Below, in pieces: positions 24,437-35,379 of a stretch of 64,000 nucleotides of DNA. This DNA comes from Octopus vulgaris (taxonomy: Eukaryota). Below the pieces are notes generated by a model that was given only the letters and a program-made list of their open reading frames with translations, searched no databases and was not told the DNA's origin. The stretch is taken from the NCBI GenBank assembly GCA_951406725.2, contig OX597839.1:36332001-36396000 (forward strand), given 5' to 3'. Made by a program: the position numbers and the translations under genes. How positions within the stretch are numbered: the stretch's first letter is position 1; the number at the start of each line of letters is the position of its first letter.

Positions 24437-24472
<36 letters not shown>

Positions 24473-24988
24473 ACACTAAAAAAAAATGGATAAAAAAGCA
24501 CCATAAAATTAATAGCTATCGTAATCTTTTTAGAAAAATGAATTTGTTTTCACCAGACCTTCCAACCGGTTTTCCTCTATATTTGTGACATTTCCTCGGC
24601 TTTCAAATAGAGTCAAGTCACTTGCTGTGACATAAAATGAATGTCCTGACCAGGTGTAGCTAATCCCAGCCATCCGATCAGAACACAGAACAGGGCAAAT
24701 AATCATAACTATGGATGCTGTGTTCGTGCTGGTTTCAACATCGTTTACAATTGCAACTTAAAGAGATTCCGAACAGAAATCGAAACCGCAATTCACGGAC
24801 ACCATTTGCTGTTTGTTTAGCTATCACAAAGAAATACAACAAAGATTAAATACTAACCACTATGGGACCTCGACATGGTATATCTACTAGAAACAATAGT
24901 CACGTCTCCCTCATATTTCACCTTATTGCCTTACTAAAACAAAACAAAACAAAAAAATCGGAACACGGAATAGCACGAGATATGTCTG

Positions 24989-25222
24989 GGATCTTTTCCT
25001 TTTGATGGACGGAATTCAACACAATTTCTAGTTAACTAAACAATTTGAAACTTCGTATACTGGTAGAATGTGTCAAAAGAAAACATTATTTTCATTTTCC
25101 GTCCATCAAAAGGAAAGGATCCTAATGTTTTCTTTTGACACATTCTACCAGTATACGAAGTTTCAAATTGTTTAGTTAACTAGAAATTGTGTTGACATGT
25201 GCCGTTCAAAAGGAAAAGATCC
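24989..25222. mobile_element. Merlin-like MITE with perfect internal 73-bp inverted repeat
   Basis: Exact 8-bp TSD TATGTCTG (24981-24988, 25223-25230). TIR GGATCTTTTCCTTTTGA. GG termini with an 8-bp TSD suggest Merlin (inference). Confidence 0.88.
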
Positions 25223-25391
25223 TATGTCTGAATAAAAACTGAAATGTTCCTGACTGGAATGTGTTATCATAGATTGACCAGGTCAAGGCTGACCTGGGGC
25301 TAAACAACTGTGGTTAAAGGGTTCATCAATAATTTAAGATTTATAACAAAAACATTGACTGCAGAGACTTGAATTAAATTTGCTCGGTGCG

Positions 25392-27251
25392 CTACCATTC
25401 AGCATCTCCGACTGCCTTAGAGAACAACATATCTCGACCAAACAGGTTCAAAATGCCGTCTTTTAACTGAAACTTCCATTTGTTTTTAATGCGAGAAATT
25501 TTCACAAACTGGCAGACGATAACGTTTTCTGATTCGAACATGGCGCAGATGTCTGCATCGCTGTCGTCGTCCGCGGTATTTAACGGGTCGGATTCAATAC
25601 CAATGTCTACAATTGCTTCGTCAATTTCATCGCTTATGTTGCTACTTCCAGATTCGCTGCTGCTATCTTCATCTTTGCTTGTGTTGTTGTTGTCAGAGGA
25701 AGAAGTTGAACCAGTGTTCTCACCATCACATTGACGAGACATATTCAAATATTTTCTTTTGACCCTGACTGAAGACACGTTTGTGCCATTGCCCAAATTA
25801 TGTCCAGATAGGTCCTCTATTTCTGCGTCAGTAGTTCCGTCCATTTGTAAAATTTCTTCTATAGTTTTCATATCTTCCTCACTTAACTGACATATTTTTC
25901 CGACTCCACTTCCTTTACAAGAATTATCCGAAGACGATGCCACAGACATGATGGAGGTCTGGCCCAGTGAGTCATTTAACAAAGTAGGTTTATTATTATT
26001 ATTATTGTTATTATTGGCGGTGGTGGTATCAGCTGGAGGAAATTTAGGGTGTTCATCTGGAATGTAACTTTGACAATTTTGCGAAAGTGGGCCAGATATA
26101 TCCTCGAGAAAATCTTCTAGAGTGGACGGAGTGTTGTCTACCGACGTTCTACTCTCGTCGTAAAAAGGAGGCAATGGTTTAACTACAGGGTAACCTGTAA
26201 AGTTATCTTGGTGGGAAAGTGAAGAGACGGGAAGACGATTGGGCTGATTCGAACTGCAAAAGTAATTCTGCTCCAGATTTCCTCCGTGACAAGATGGAGC
26301 AAAAGAGGAGATTCGAGAAGTTAAAAATTCACTGTTCGCTTTACTGGTTTCTGCTTGTGTGGTTATTAAACTCTTCTGTGCCTGCTGAACCGAGTTACTA
26401 TCGTTTTTCTCAGAAATGCCACAGCGGGTCCCGTTGTTTGGTCCAGCATCTCCAAGTAGTTCACTTCCATTTGTTGACAACTGACCAACAGGGTCATTTG
26501 CATTGCTGTTGTCATTATTATTCTGTTCCTTGGCAGAATTAACGTTTGTATGTACAGCAGCCGTGCTAGAAATAACTCGGTCGGTAGCATTAGACAGAGA
26601 GGAACTAGTCGTAGTCGGTGCAGTACTTTCACTAATTACAGCAACGTTTAATGGTAAAGGGGTTTTGGTAGCCGGGCCGTGTAATTTGGAAGGCGATCTT
26701 CCAGCTTGGTAAATGGAAGGCAAATTGAAATTTGAAGGAGGACACCGAGAAGTCGGTTTGTTGTTATCGTTAACAGAATGGGACTCACCTGAATTTTCAG
26801 ATGTCCAAGCAGTAGGAACTGGCTGCAGTAGATGTTGTTCTGGCGGGAGAATAGCCAAAAAATGTCCATTACGGTTACGTTGAAGAGAGATTCCGGCATT
26901 ATTTAAATCCCTGATTTGCTGGTTGTAAAGTCCATACGGAAGGGCTATGGTAGCAGTCGTACAAGAACTTCGTGGTCCGCGCATGCGAGGCCCTGCCAAA
27001 TGAATAGAAGGAACAAATAGTTCAGAATTGTTGTTGCTACACGCAGGAGAAATAATTCCATAACCATCAACATTTGTTCGGTTTACTTTAGAAAATTCAA
27101 ACACTTTAGAATCGTGGATTTTCTTTAACCACGCTTCTTTCATGTCCGTAAGAACAGTTTCATCGATACCTTCTTCTATAAATAGTTCGCGGCTGGACTG
27201 AACAACATCTTCTACGACACTTTTATAGAATTTAGCAACAGGGTCGCTCAT
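25392..27251 (-). CDS. GTF2A1-like: Intronless TFIIA large subunit (alpha/beta precursor)-like protein, 619 aa; probable retrogene paralog
   Basis: N-term VAKFYKSVVEDVVQSSRELFIEEGIDETVLTDMKEAWLKKI is the TFIIA alpha helical domain. C-term ENVIVCQFVKISRIKNKWKFQLKDGILNLFGRDMLFSKAVGDAEW is the TFIIA beta-barrel. Also has a taspase-type site QMDGTTD and an acidic region. Single uninterrupted 1860-nt ORF. Confidence 0.95.
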   Translation of the reverse strand: MSDPVAKFYKSVVEDVVQSSRELFIEEGIDETVLTDMKEAWLKKIHDSKVFEFSKVNRTNVDGYGIISPACSNNNSELFVPSIHLAGPRMRGPRSSCTTATIALPYGLYNQQIRDLNNAGISLQRNRNGHFLAILPPEQHLLQPVPTAWTSENSGESHSVNDNNKPTSRCPPSNFNLPSIYQAGRSPSKLHGPATKTPLPLNVAVISESTAPTTTSSSLSNATDRVISSTAAVHTNVNSAKEQNNNDNSNANDPVGQLSTNGSELLGDAGPNNGTRCGISEKNDSNSVQQAQKSLITTQAETSKANSEFLTSRISSFAPSCHGGNLEQNYFCSSNQPNRLPVSSLSHQDNFTGYPVVKPLPPFYDESRTSVDNTPSTLEDFLEDISGPLSQNCQSYIPDEHPKFPPADTTTANNNNNNNNKPTLLNDSLGQTSIMSVASSSDNSCKGSGVGKICQLSEEDMKTIEEILQMDGTTDAEIEDLSGHNLGNGTNVSSVRVKRKYLNMSRQCDGENTGSTSSSDNNNTSKDEDSSSESGSSNISDEIDEAIVDIGIESDPLNTADDDSDADICAMFESENVIVCQFVKISRIKNKWKFQLKDGILNLFGRDMLFSKAVGDAEW

Positions 27252-27298
27252 ACTCCGAGGATTCGAAGAAACTCTTTCACCTGTGTCCTGTGTCCCTG

Positions 27299-27367
27299 TT
27301 TAAATAGTTGTGGTTACGAAGCAAACTAATTTGTATATGTAAAATAGCTGTAGGAAAAGGTGACGTA
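27299..27367 (-). promoter_or_regulatory. Possible core promoter of the TFIIA-like gene (TATA-like TATTTAAA and CRE-like TGACGT)
   Basis: TATTTAAA on - at 27299-27306, about 48 nt upstream of the ATG. TGACGTA at 27361-27367. Short motifs only. Confidence 0.3.
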
Positions 27368-27510
27368 GAGGGAGGAAATGTTTTTAAAGAAAGTTGTCGA
27401 CTGTAGCAAATATATTATTCCATTAATGAAACATATTTTCGTTATCTTCATTTTTACGTCGTTTATGAACCATTTTTATTCATTACAAACAACTGTGGTC
27501 GTGAAGAGCT

Positions 27511-28057
27511 GGCAAGACCCCCTCCCAAACCACCCTTAAAATTTTTTTTTTCGACACAACCCCACCTCTTTTCGGCTACGGGGAATACGAATCTGCAAAA
27601 AAAGAATTGGCCAAAGATTGACATTTCTAAATTACCACCCCCATTTCCTTCATTTTAAACTTTTTCCCTTTTTTTTTAATATGCGGAAAAATACGGAGAT
27701 TATGATTCTAAAAAAAAAAAAAAATTTCCAAAAATCTTTGTAAAATTTTTTTAAAGAATTTTTTTTCTAAATATGCAGGAAAATACGGGCATCATGATTC
27801 GGACAAAACTTTCAAAACATTTCTGTACTTACGGTTGGGGTTTTAGGGTTAGGCTTAGGGTTTTAGGGTTAAGATTAGGGTTTTAGGGTTAAGGTATTAG
27901 GGTTTTAGGGTTAGGGTTGTAGGGTTAGTGTTGGGGAAAAAAGTCAAAATTGAAGGGGAGAAAAATTTCACAATACCGATTTTTGGCAAAAAAAAAAAAA
28001 TTACAAAAATAAAGAGATTTGGGAGAAAATGGGGTGAGAGTGGGCAGAAGTCTTTCC
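27511..28057. mobile_element. Merlin-like non-autonomous DNA transposon carrying degenerate TTAGGG repeats
   Basis: Exact 8-bp TSD GAAGAGCT (27503-27510, 28058-28065). Imperfect TIR GGCAAGAC.../GGAAAGAC.... Confidence 0.75.
27833..27935 (+). repeat. Interstitial degenerate telomeric-type (TTAGGG)n tract
   Basis: Repeated ttaggg/ttttaggg/ttagggtt units. Confidence 0.9.
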
Positions 28058-28470
28058 GAAGAGCTTGTCAGTCTACATTCAGAAATAGATTCTGCAATAT
28101 GTTTCGGCTTAAAAAATACTCAACCCAATCTACGTAACTGCAAGTAAGTGGGGTCCTGAATTGGCTGTCGGATGCAGCAGAAGGTCAATTCATAAAAAGT
28201 TCATGGAATAAATAAATTACAGTGAATTGAGTTGTGTAGAGCGAACCAAAGACTCGGACACTTGTCTGGGAGAGAAAGAGTAGGGGAGGGGAGAAAGTTT
28301 AGTAGTGGGGGTAAATCACCAATGAAGGGGACAATACGAGAGGAGGAGGGAGAAACATACAGTGTTTATGAAGTAGGGAGGAGTGTGAGTAGAGGGATAT
28401 GGGAAGGTGGGAAACAAGAGAGAGGGTGGGGGGTATAAGTTAGTAGCAGAGAGACAGAGATCAGAGGTCA

Positions 28471-28797
28471 CTATTGACCTAAGGTTAGTCTCCTGACATG
28501 TGATCAGTTTATTTACCTGAGGTCAGCATATTGACCTTAGATCAGTTTCTTGACTTAGGATCAGTTTATCTCAGGTCAGTATTCTCTTTTCTCTTTCTCT
28601 TTTACTTGTTTCAGTCATGTGACTGCAGGCCATGCTGGAGCACCGCCATTAGTCGAGCAAATCGACCCCGGGACTTATTCTTTGTAAGCCCAGTACTTAT
28701 TCTATCGGTCTCTTTTGCCGAACCGCTAAGTAACGGGGACGTAAACACACCAGCATCGGTTGTTAAGTAATGCTAGGGGACAAACACAGACACACAA

Positions 28798-28836
<39 letters not shown>

Positions 28837-29160
28837 CGACAGGCTTCTTTCAGTTTCCGTCTACCAAATCCACTCACAAGGCATTGGTCGGCCCGGGGCT
28901 ATAGCAGAAGACACTTACCCAAGATGCCACGCAGTGGGACAGAACCCAGAACCACGTGGTTGGTTAGCAAGCTACTTACCACACAGTCACTCCTGCGCCT
29001 ATGTTGACCTTCAGTCAATTTTTTTGACCTGTGATCAGTTTATTTATCTGAGGCCAGTATATTGACCTTTGGTCAGTTTCTTGACCTGCAATCAGTTTAT
29101 TTACCTGAGGTTAGTATATTGACCTGGGGGTAGTTTATTTATCTGAGGTCAGTTTATTTA
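28471..29160 (+). repeat. Degenerate minisatellite (tgacct..gatcagtttattt) split by a family-A SINE (28583-29000)
   Basis: The same motif recurs on both sides of the SINE. Confidence 0.75.
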
Positions 29161-29576
29161 CTGTCTCCTTCCAATACCAGTGATACAGGTGCCTCTAATG
29201 TTCCTCTTAAGCAGTCTCATGTCAACATGAGCATGACAGAAGTACAGTTAAGGGCATGCAAGCCAACATTATCCCACTCAACCACCTTTGACCAAAAATG
29301 TATGTATGTGTCCACATCTGTCCTCTTACCTCCAGATAACAAGCCTGTCCCTTTACTGGAGAATGCATGGAACTTGAAATCATCTCCCCCTTGTCAAGTG
29401 GATCTGGTTTTAAATTGCCATTTGGGAATTATGATGCATCGTTTAGAGGTGGGGATAACTTTAATAGATCAAGAATATTTGTTGTATGGTATTTGATATA
29501 CCTGTGTGTATATCTCTTTCTCTCTCACCCTATATATATATATATATATATATACTTGTGTGTGTATCTCCACCCC

Positions 29577-29644
<68 letters not shown>

Positions 29645-30372
29645 CCCCCTTCGGTCATGAATAACCATGAGATTGCACCTAGAAAGTATACATATATATA
29701 TGCATTCATACATGTGTGTGTGTGTGTGTATCTTTATTCATTAGAACTCTTCCTAAAAGGAAGAAGCTGGTTTCTAACAAAGAAAAAAGCTTAGTCACTG
29801 GAATTTGGATAACGACCATGATAAGTGTTTCATGTTGAACTTTAGAAGCTTCACATATCTTTCCTGTTTCATTTAGTGATTAGTATCTTGAAGTGGGTGT
29901 CATCCACTTTCTTCCTTCGACTGAAAGTCCTCGTGTTCTAGATTGTCACTTGAAAATTTTTTAACATAAACCAAATGCCCACGGGCATATGGCATAGTGG
30001 TTAAGGGCATGGGCTACTAACTCCAAGATTCTGAGTTCGATTCCAGGCAGTGATCTAAATAATAATAATAATAATAACAACAACAATAATAATAATAATA
30101 ATAACAACAACAACAACCCCTCTCTCTCTTTCGGAGAGGCACAAGCACCTACACGCACATATGCACACACGGCAGTAACTTCCACCTACCGAATTCAATC
30201 ACAAAGCTCCGGTCAGCTCGGGGCTATAGTGAAAGACACCTACCCAAAGTGCCATGCAGTGGGACTGAACCCGAAACCATATAGCTAGGAAGCAAGCTCC
30301 CTAACCACACAGCCATGCCCGAACATCGAAAAATACCTTTGGAATGAGAACCCAGGTTCGAAATTTCCCCAA

Positions 30373-30418
30373 GACACCTGAAGAAGGCTGGAGGGTATAT
30401 CAGCTGAAACGTTGTGTT
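30373..30418 (+). ncRNA. Minimal type-I hammerhead ribozyme-like motif in a Penelope-like element tail (~30330-30466)
   Basis: gacac-CTGAAGA-a-GGCTG-(10 nt)-CAGCT-GAAAC-GTT-gtgtt: stem I gacac/gtgtt, intact CUGANGA and GAAA core, stem II, palindromic ACGT stem III. Confidence 0.65.
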
Positions 30419-30599
30419 AACAACAAACAAGATGAGGACAGATGTCCGTCGAATGTAAATAATGTATAAACCAAATGCATCAATAATTACTGGTATTCAG
30501 GTGAGTTTATAATCAGGGCAGAGGAATTGCAGGTTTTTGAAGTAGTTATCCTTTATCTTTTACTTCTTTCAGTTATTGGACTGTGGCCAGGCTGGGACA

Positions 30600-30990
30600 C
30601 CGTACAAGTGGAGGGAACCTGTGGAGGAGGTAGACCCAGGATACCTGGGATGAGGTGGTGAAGCACGACCTTCAAACATTGGGCCTCACAGAGACCATGA
30701 CTAGTGACCGAGACCTTTGCAGATGTGCTGTGCTTGAGAAGACCCAGCAAGCCAAGTGAGATTGTAGCCATAGCAGATACCAGTGTCACATAACTGGCCT
30801 GTTTAAAAGTACCCCTTCGATCGTCAGGCAATAGGCTGTGCTTGAGAAGACCTGTTAAGCCAAGTGAAATAGTAGTCGTGGCTTATGCCAGTGCCACCTG
30901 ATTGGCACCTGTGCTGGTGGCACGTAATAAAAGCACCATTTGAACTTGGTCGATGCCAGTGCCATCAGACCTGGTTCCTATGCTGGTGGC
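30600..30990 (+). mobile_element. RTE LINE fragment, same family as 59810-60565
   Basis: gtggagggaacctgtgga...gatgaggtggtgaagcacgaccttc matches the reverse complement of ~60290-60425. Confidence 0.8.
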
Positions 30991-31446
30991 AAATTTCTTA
31001 ACCACACACCTATACCTGCACTCGTTTCTGTCAATTTGGAAAGTTGCCAACATATCCCCTATGTTTAGAAAAATCTTACCATCTGATATAAAAAAAAAGG
31101 AAGAATTTCTGATCAATTATTTTATTAAATCGGTTTTTTTAAAAATTGATTTACTAGAGGAAATATTTTAAATTATTGAACTCACAATAAACTTTTATCA
31201 ATTAATCAACAAGGCTTTCATTTCTACCATGCCACTCACTCTACAATTACTCAACAACTCTCTTGTCTAGACACTTGGACAAAATCAACAGATAATAACG
31301 AACACTTGATAGATATTTTCTACATTGATATAACAGAATTTATTGAATTCTGATGGTCACAACAACTTCATAAATGTAATCTTATCATTTTAACACACAA
31401 ATAATCAAACAGGTCAAATATTATTTGTCTAACAGAACTCAATTTA

Positions 31447-31945
31447 TTGGGTTGTCCGGAAAGTTCGTGCCGATTTTTAAAGGAAAGAAAAAGGTCAATA
31501 AATACTTGCCACTACATTTTTAATCAACCAAATATGAACCATTTTGTTGCACAATGCATCTCCATCTTTCCTTTAACTTGAAAATACCCTCTTCCCAGAA
31601 TTGAGGTGGTTTCATGGCAAAGAATTCATCAAGGTATCTTTTTACGTCATCGAAGGTATTGAAATTTTTACCATTAAGACTTATTCTGCAGAGACCTGAG
31701 TAAGTGGAAATCCGAAGGAGCAATATCTGGTGAATATGGGGAGTGGGGTAACACATCCCAGCCGAGCTGCAGCAATTTTTGTCTGGTTCCCAAAGCATCA
31801 AGTGCTGAAAATGAACTTTCTTATCTTCCGTTTTAAAGGGTTACAGAATTAACACAGGTTATAGGAACATAAACCTTCTCCCACGAAAAGATAGCTTAAA
31901 CTATGCTCTAAATGGAGGTGTAGTCAAACCCTATTTTATGGACCT
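31447..31945 (-). mobile_element. Internally deleted mariner relic (transposase C-terminus plus TIR)
   Basis: TIR tattgggttgtccggaaagttcgtgccgatttt. Frameshifted PHSPYSPDIAPSDFHL and LNGKNFNTFDDVKRYLDEFFAMKPPQFWEEGIFKLKERW. Confidence 0.88.
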
Positions 31946-31970
31946 CATGGTTGTGAGGCAAGCTTCTTAA

Positions 31971-32644
31971 CCCTTTAGTGTTCAGATTATTCTATCAAAC
32001 GTAATGCTTATTGATTCCCATTGATTTGAATTAATCATGCATTATCTCATATCTTCAAGATCTTGATGGTGTAATTACTTAATCTAGAATAACATTGTAG
32101 GGTAGGTGTGAGAGCCTGGATCTGATCAGTTTGAACATAAAACAGATTAGCTATTTTGGCCGGATATGGCCAGTTTAAATACTAAAGGGTTAAACATGCT
32201 CCCCTCTGTCAAACCTTCCTCAGGCTCTTATCTTCCTGTCATTCCTCTAATTATGCTTCTTTGCAGCAGCTGCTCTAATTTTATGAAGGCTGAGCTACAA
32301 ACAGTAGAACCTCACAGTACGAGTGCCCCATTATATGAGTAATTTGCTGCACAAGCTGAGACTTGTGCGAATCCTAGGCTTGAAGTACGAATGGAGATCT
32401 GCAGTAGGAGCACACAAATTGTCCCATCTTTAACCCTTTAGCATTTAAACCGGCCAAAAGTATTCTACCTGTTTTATGTTCAAACTGGCCAGATCTGGTC
32501 TCTCACACCAACCCTACAATGTCGTTTTAAAAATTAACAGCTACCTCATCAAAATCTCATAGCTCCAAGATAATGCCTGATTAGTTCAAAACAATGTGGA
32601 TAAAAAAGGATTAATTTTGGCAGAATAATGCAAACACTAAAGGG
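31971..32644. mobile_element. Two oppositely oriented piggyBac-like MITEs (31971-32189 and 32434-32644); more copies ~6159-6372, 50093-50312, 51958-52177
   Basis: TTAA-CCCTTTAG...CTAAAGGG-TTAA at each, with a shared internal sequence. Confidence 0.88.
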
Positions 32645-34035
32645 TTAAAGGTAATTCAGTTAATAAAACCAGTTTACATATTTCTTTTGCATTCTCCTTT
32701 TTATAATTGTCATTTTACTTGTAACTGTACCTTTTCTGTTTTAAAACCCATAAAAGATTAATTTTGAGTGTTCTTTGGGGGGCTGGAATGGATTAATTAT
32801 ATTTTAATTAATTTCAGTGGAGAAAATTGATTTGTAAAACAAAGTAAATTCTAAGAGGAGTTCGGTCATGGAACAAATGAAACTTGTACAGCAAGACATC
32901 ACTGTATTTCATCTCCTTTCATTAATGCCAGCTGTCCTTCTCTCTGGAGCCTCTTACCCTTGTCATCTATCCCCTATTCTCAATATCATCCCATCTCACT
33001 TTATTTTTCCACTGCTCACCCCTTTCTGTACCACCCATTCTCTCTCTCCCCTTTTTTCCTTCCAAACCTCATCTTATGACTGCCATATCTCATTCTTAAT
33101 ATCCTCTCCCAACTGCCACTGACTACATCTGCACTTTAGTACCCATCATCTCCATCTCTGTCCCTCTTTTACCCACTAATCCCCACACATCATTTCCTAC
33201 TGCTTTATTAGTCTTTGGTTCTTCACCCTTTCTGTGCTCCCACTTATCACCTCCTCCTCCTTCCTCAGCCTCTTCTATTTTTCATCACTTTCCCATCAAA
33301 CTCATATTTACTATCAACTACATCCACCTCTTATTTCTTTACTGCCCTCAAGGGGCTAAACAAGGACAGACAAAGGGATTAAGTCGATTACATCGCCGCC
33401 AGTGCGTAACTGGTACTTAATTTATCGACTCTGAAAGGATGAAAGGCAAAGTCGACCTCGGCGGAATTTGAACTCAGAACATAACGGCAGATGAAATACC
33501 TATTTCTTTACTGCCCACAAGGGGCTAAACGCAGAGAAGACAAACAAAGGGATTAAGTCGATTACATCGACCCCGGTGTGTAACTGGTACTTAATTTAGC
33601 GACCCCGAAAGGATGAAAGGCAAAGTCGACCTCGGCGGAATTTGAACTCAGAACGTAATGGCGGACGAAATACCGCTAAGCATTTCGCCCGGCGTGCTAA
33701 CGTTTCTGCCAGCTCACAGCCTTCCTTCACATGCACACCCACCTCTAACCATATCGGTTTCCACTCTGACTCATGCAAACTTATCCTGTTCTCTACATTC
33801 TGACATCTTAACCACCACCACCTTGTCTCTGTTTCTTGCTACTCCCACTATTTATATAACATGGGATAACCATGTTTAACAGGCAAGACTCAAGCTCTTG
33901 TCTCTCCGTCATATTTCAGTCTCTTAACATCAAGCATAGAACTACCTCCCTTTCTACTTTACTCCCACTCTGTTGTGGGGGCTTTTTGGTCTTGCAAATT
34001 TCTTGGTGACCTCACTAGTGCTGGTGCTACACAAA

Positions 34036-34480
34036 ATGTACCCAGAGCGTTTGGCTGCACTAAACTTGCCTAGTCTCGAACATCGCCGTCCCAGGGGTGA
34101 TATGATCAACATTTATAAGTATACGCATGGCCTGTATCTGACCAACTGCTCCAAATTCAACGAGAGGACACAGCCTGAAATTGGAAAGATCACACTGCAG
34201 GCTCAACATTAGAAGCTGCTTTTTCGTACAGTGTGTGACCGGACCACCACCTGGAACAGCCTGCCAAACTGTGTGGTCGCAGCTCCATCAGTCAATGCCT
34301 TCAAGAACAGGTTTGACGCACAATGGAGGAAGCTTCCTGCAAAATTTGAACCTGTCTGTTACTATTAGCTACATGTGTCGAAGTGTTATACCACACAGGA
34401 CAAATTAATTGTACTAGTGGAAAAGGACCTGTGAACAAGCTCCTAGGAGCTTCAACACGGAAAGTATCCAGTATCCAGTA
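34036..34480 (+). mobile_element. CR1-clade LINE 3' end
   Basis: YPERLAALNLPSLEHRRxRGDMINIYK and frameshifted WNSLP..VVAAPSVNAFKNRFD; tail gtatccagtatccagta. Confidence 0.85.
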
Positions 34481-35379
34481 ATAGACCTTGTAAAGTGGTT
34501 GGGTGCTGGGAAGGGCACCTAATCATACAAAACCCTGCAAAAACTGACAGTGCAGCTTGCAAACTGTCTCCCCCACAGCAGAATCGAAGGTAGATGTTAA
34601 ATGATATGTGTTATATAATTTTGAGAAATTTAAACTCTCTTTTTTACTGAAACTTAAGTTTTATTACTTTAAAATTTTTATCATTTCATATCTATTTAGA
34701 TTTGTGCACCACCTAATCATTGTTGGTTTGTTTACGAACTTAGCGGTTCGCCAAAAGAGAGACCGTTAAAATAAGTATCAAACTTTAAAAGAACAAATAA
34801 ACAAGTACTGGAGTCGATTTGTTCGACCAAAACCTTTCAAGGCGATGCCCCAGCATGGCCGCAAGCCAATGACTGAAATTAGTGAAAAATAGAAGTAACA
34901 AAAATAATATCAGTGAGAGAAAAAATATATACAAAACGCTTATAAAAAAAAAACAAAAACGAAGTAATGAAACTTTTTTTTTTTTTATTGAACCGATTTA
35001 AGGCGGCGAGATGGCAGAATGGTTAGCACGTCGGTCAACTTGCTTAGCGGCATTTCGTCTGTTTTTACGTTCTGAATTTGAATTCCGTTGAGGTCGAGTT
35101 TTCCTTTTATTTTTTCGGAGGTAGATAACACATCAAGTATAAGTCGAACACTGGAGTCGATGTAATCGATTTACCTCCTCCCCGAAATTACTGGCCTGGT
35201 GCCAAAATCTGAAACCAATATTAAACAGATTCCAAATTAATATGAAACTTTTATTTAGACGCAAGAGAGATAAAAAAAAAAAAACGAATTCAAAACCACA
35301 GGAAAATCACTTGTTTCAGAACATCACATCTTTTTCTCGCAATTATCATCGCTTCGTCTCAATAGGTGAAAAAAAGACA

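Noticed and set aside
27833-27935. Telomere fusion scar or chromosome end
   Set aside because: Single orientation, degenerate, and enclosed within a TSD-bounded transposon.
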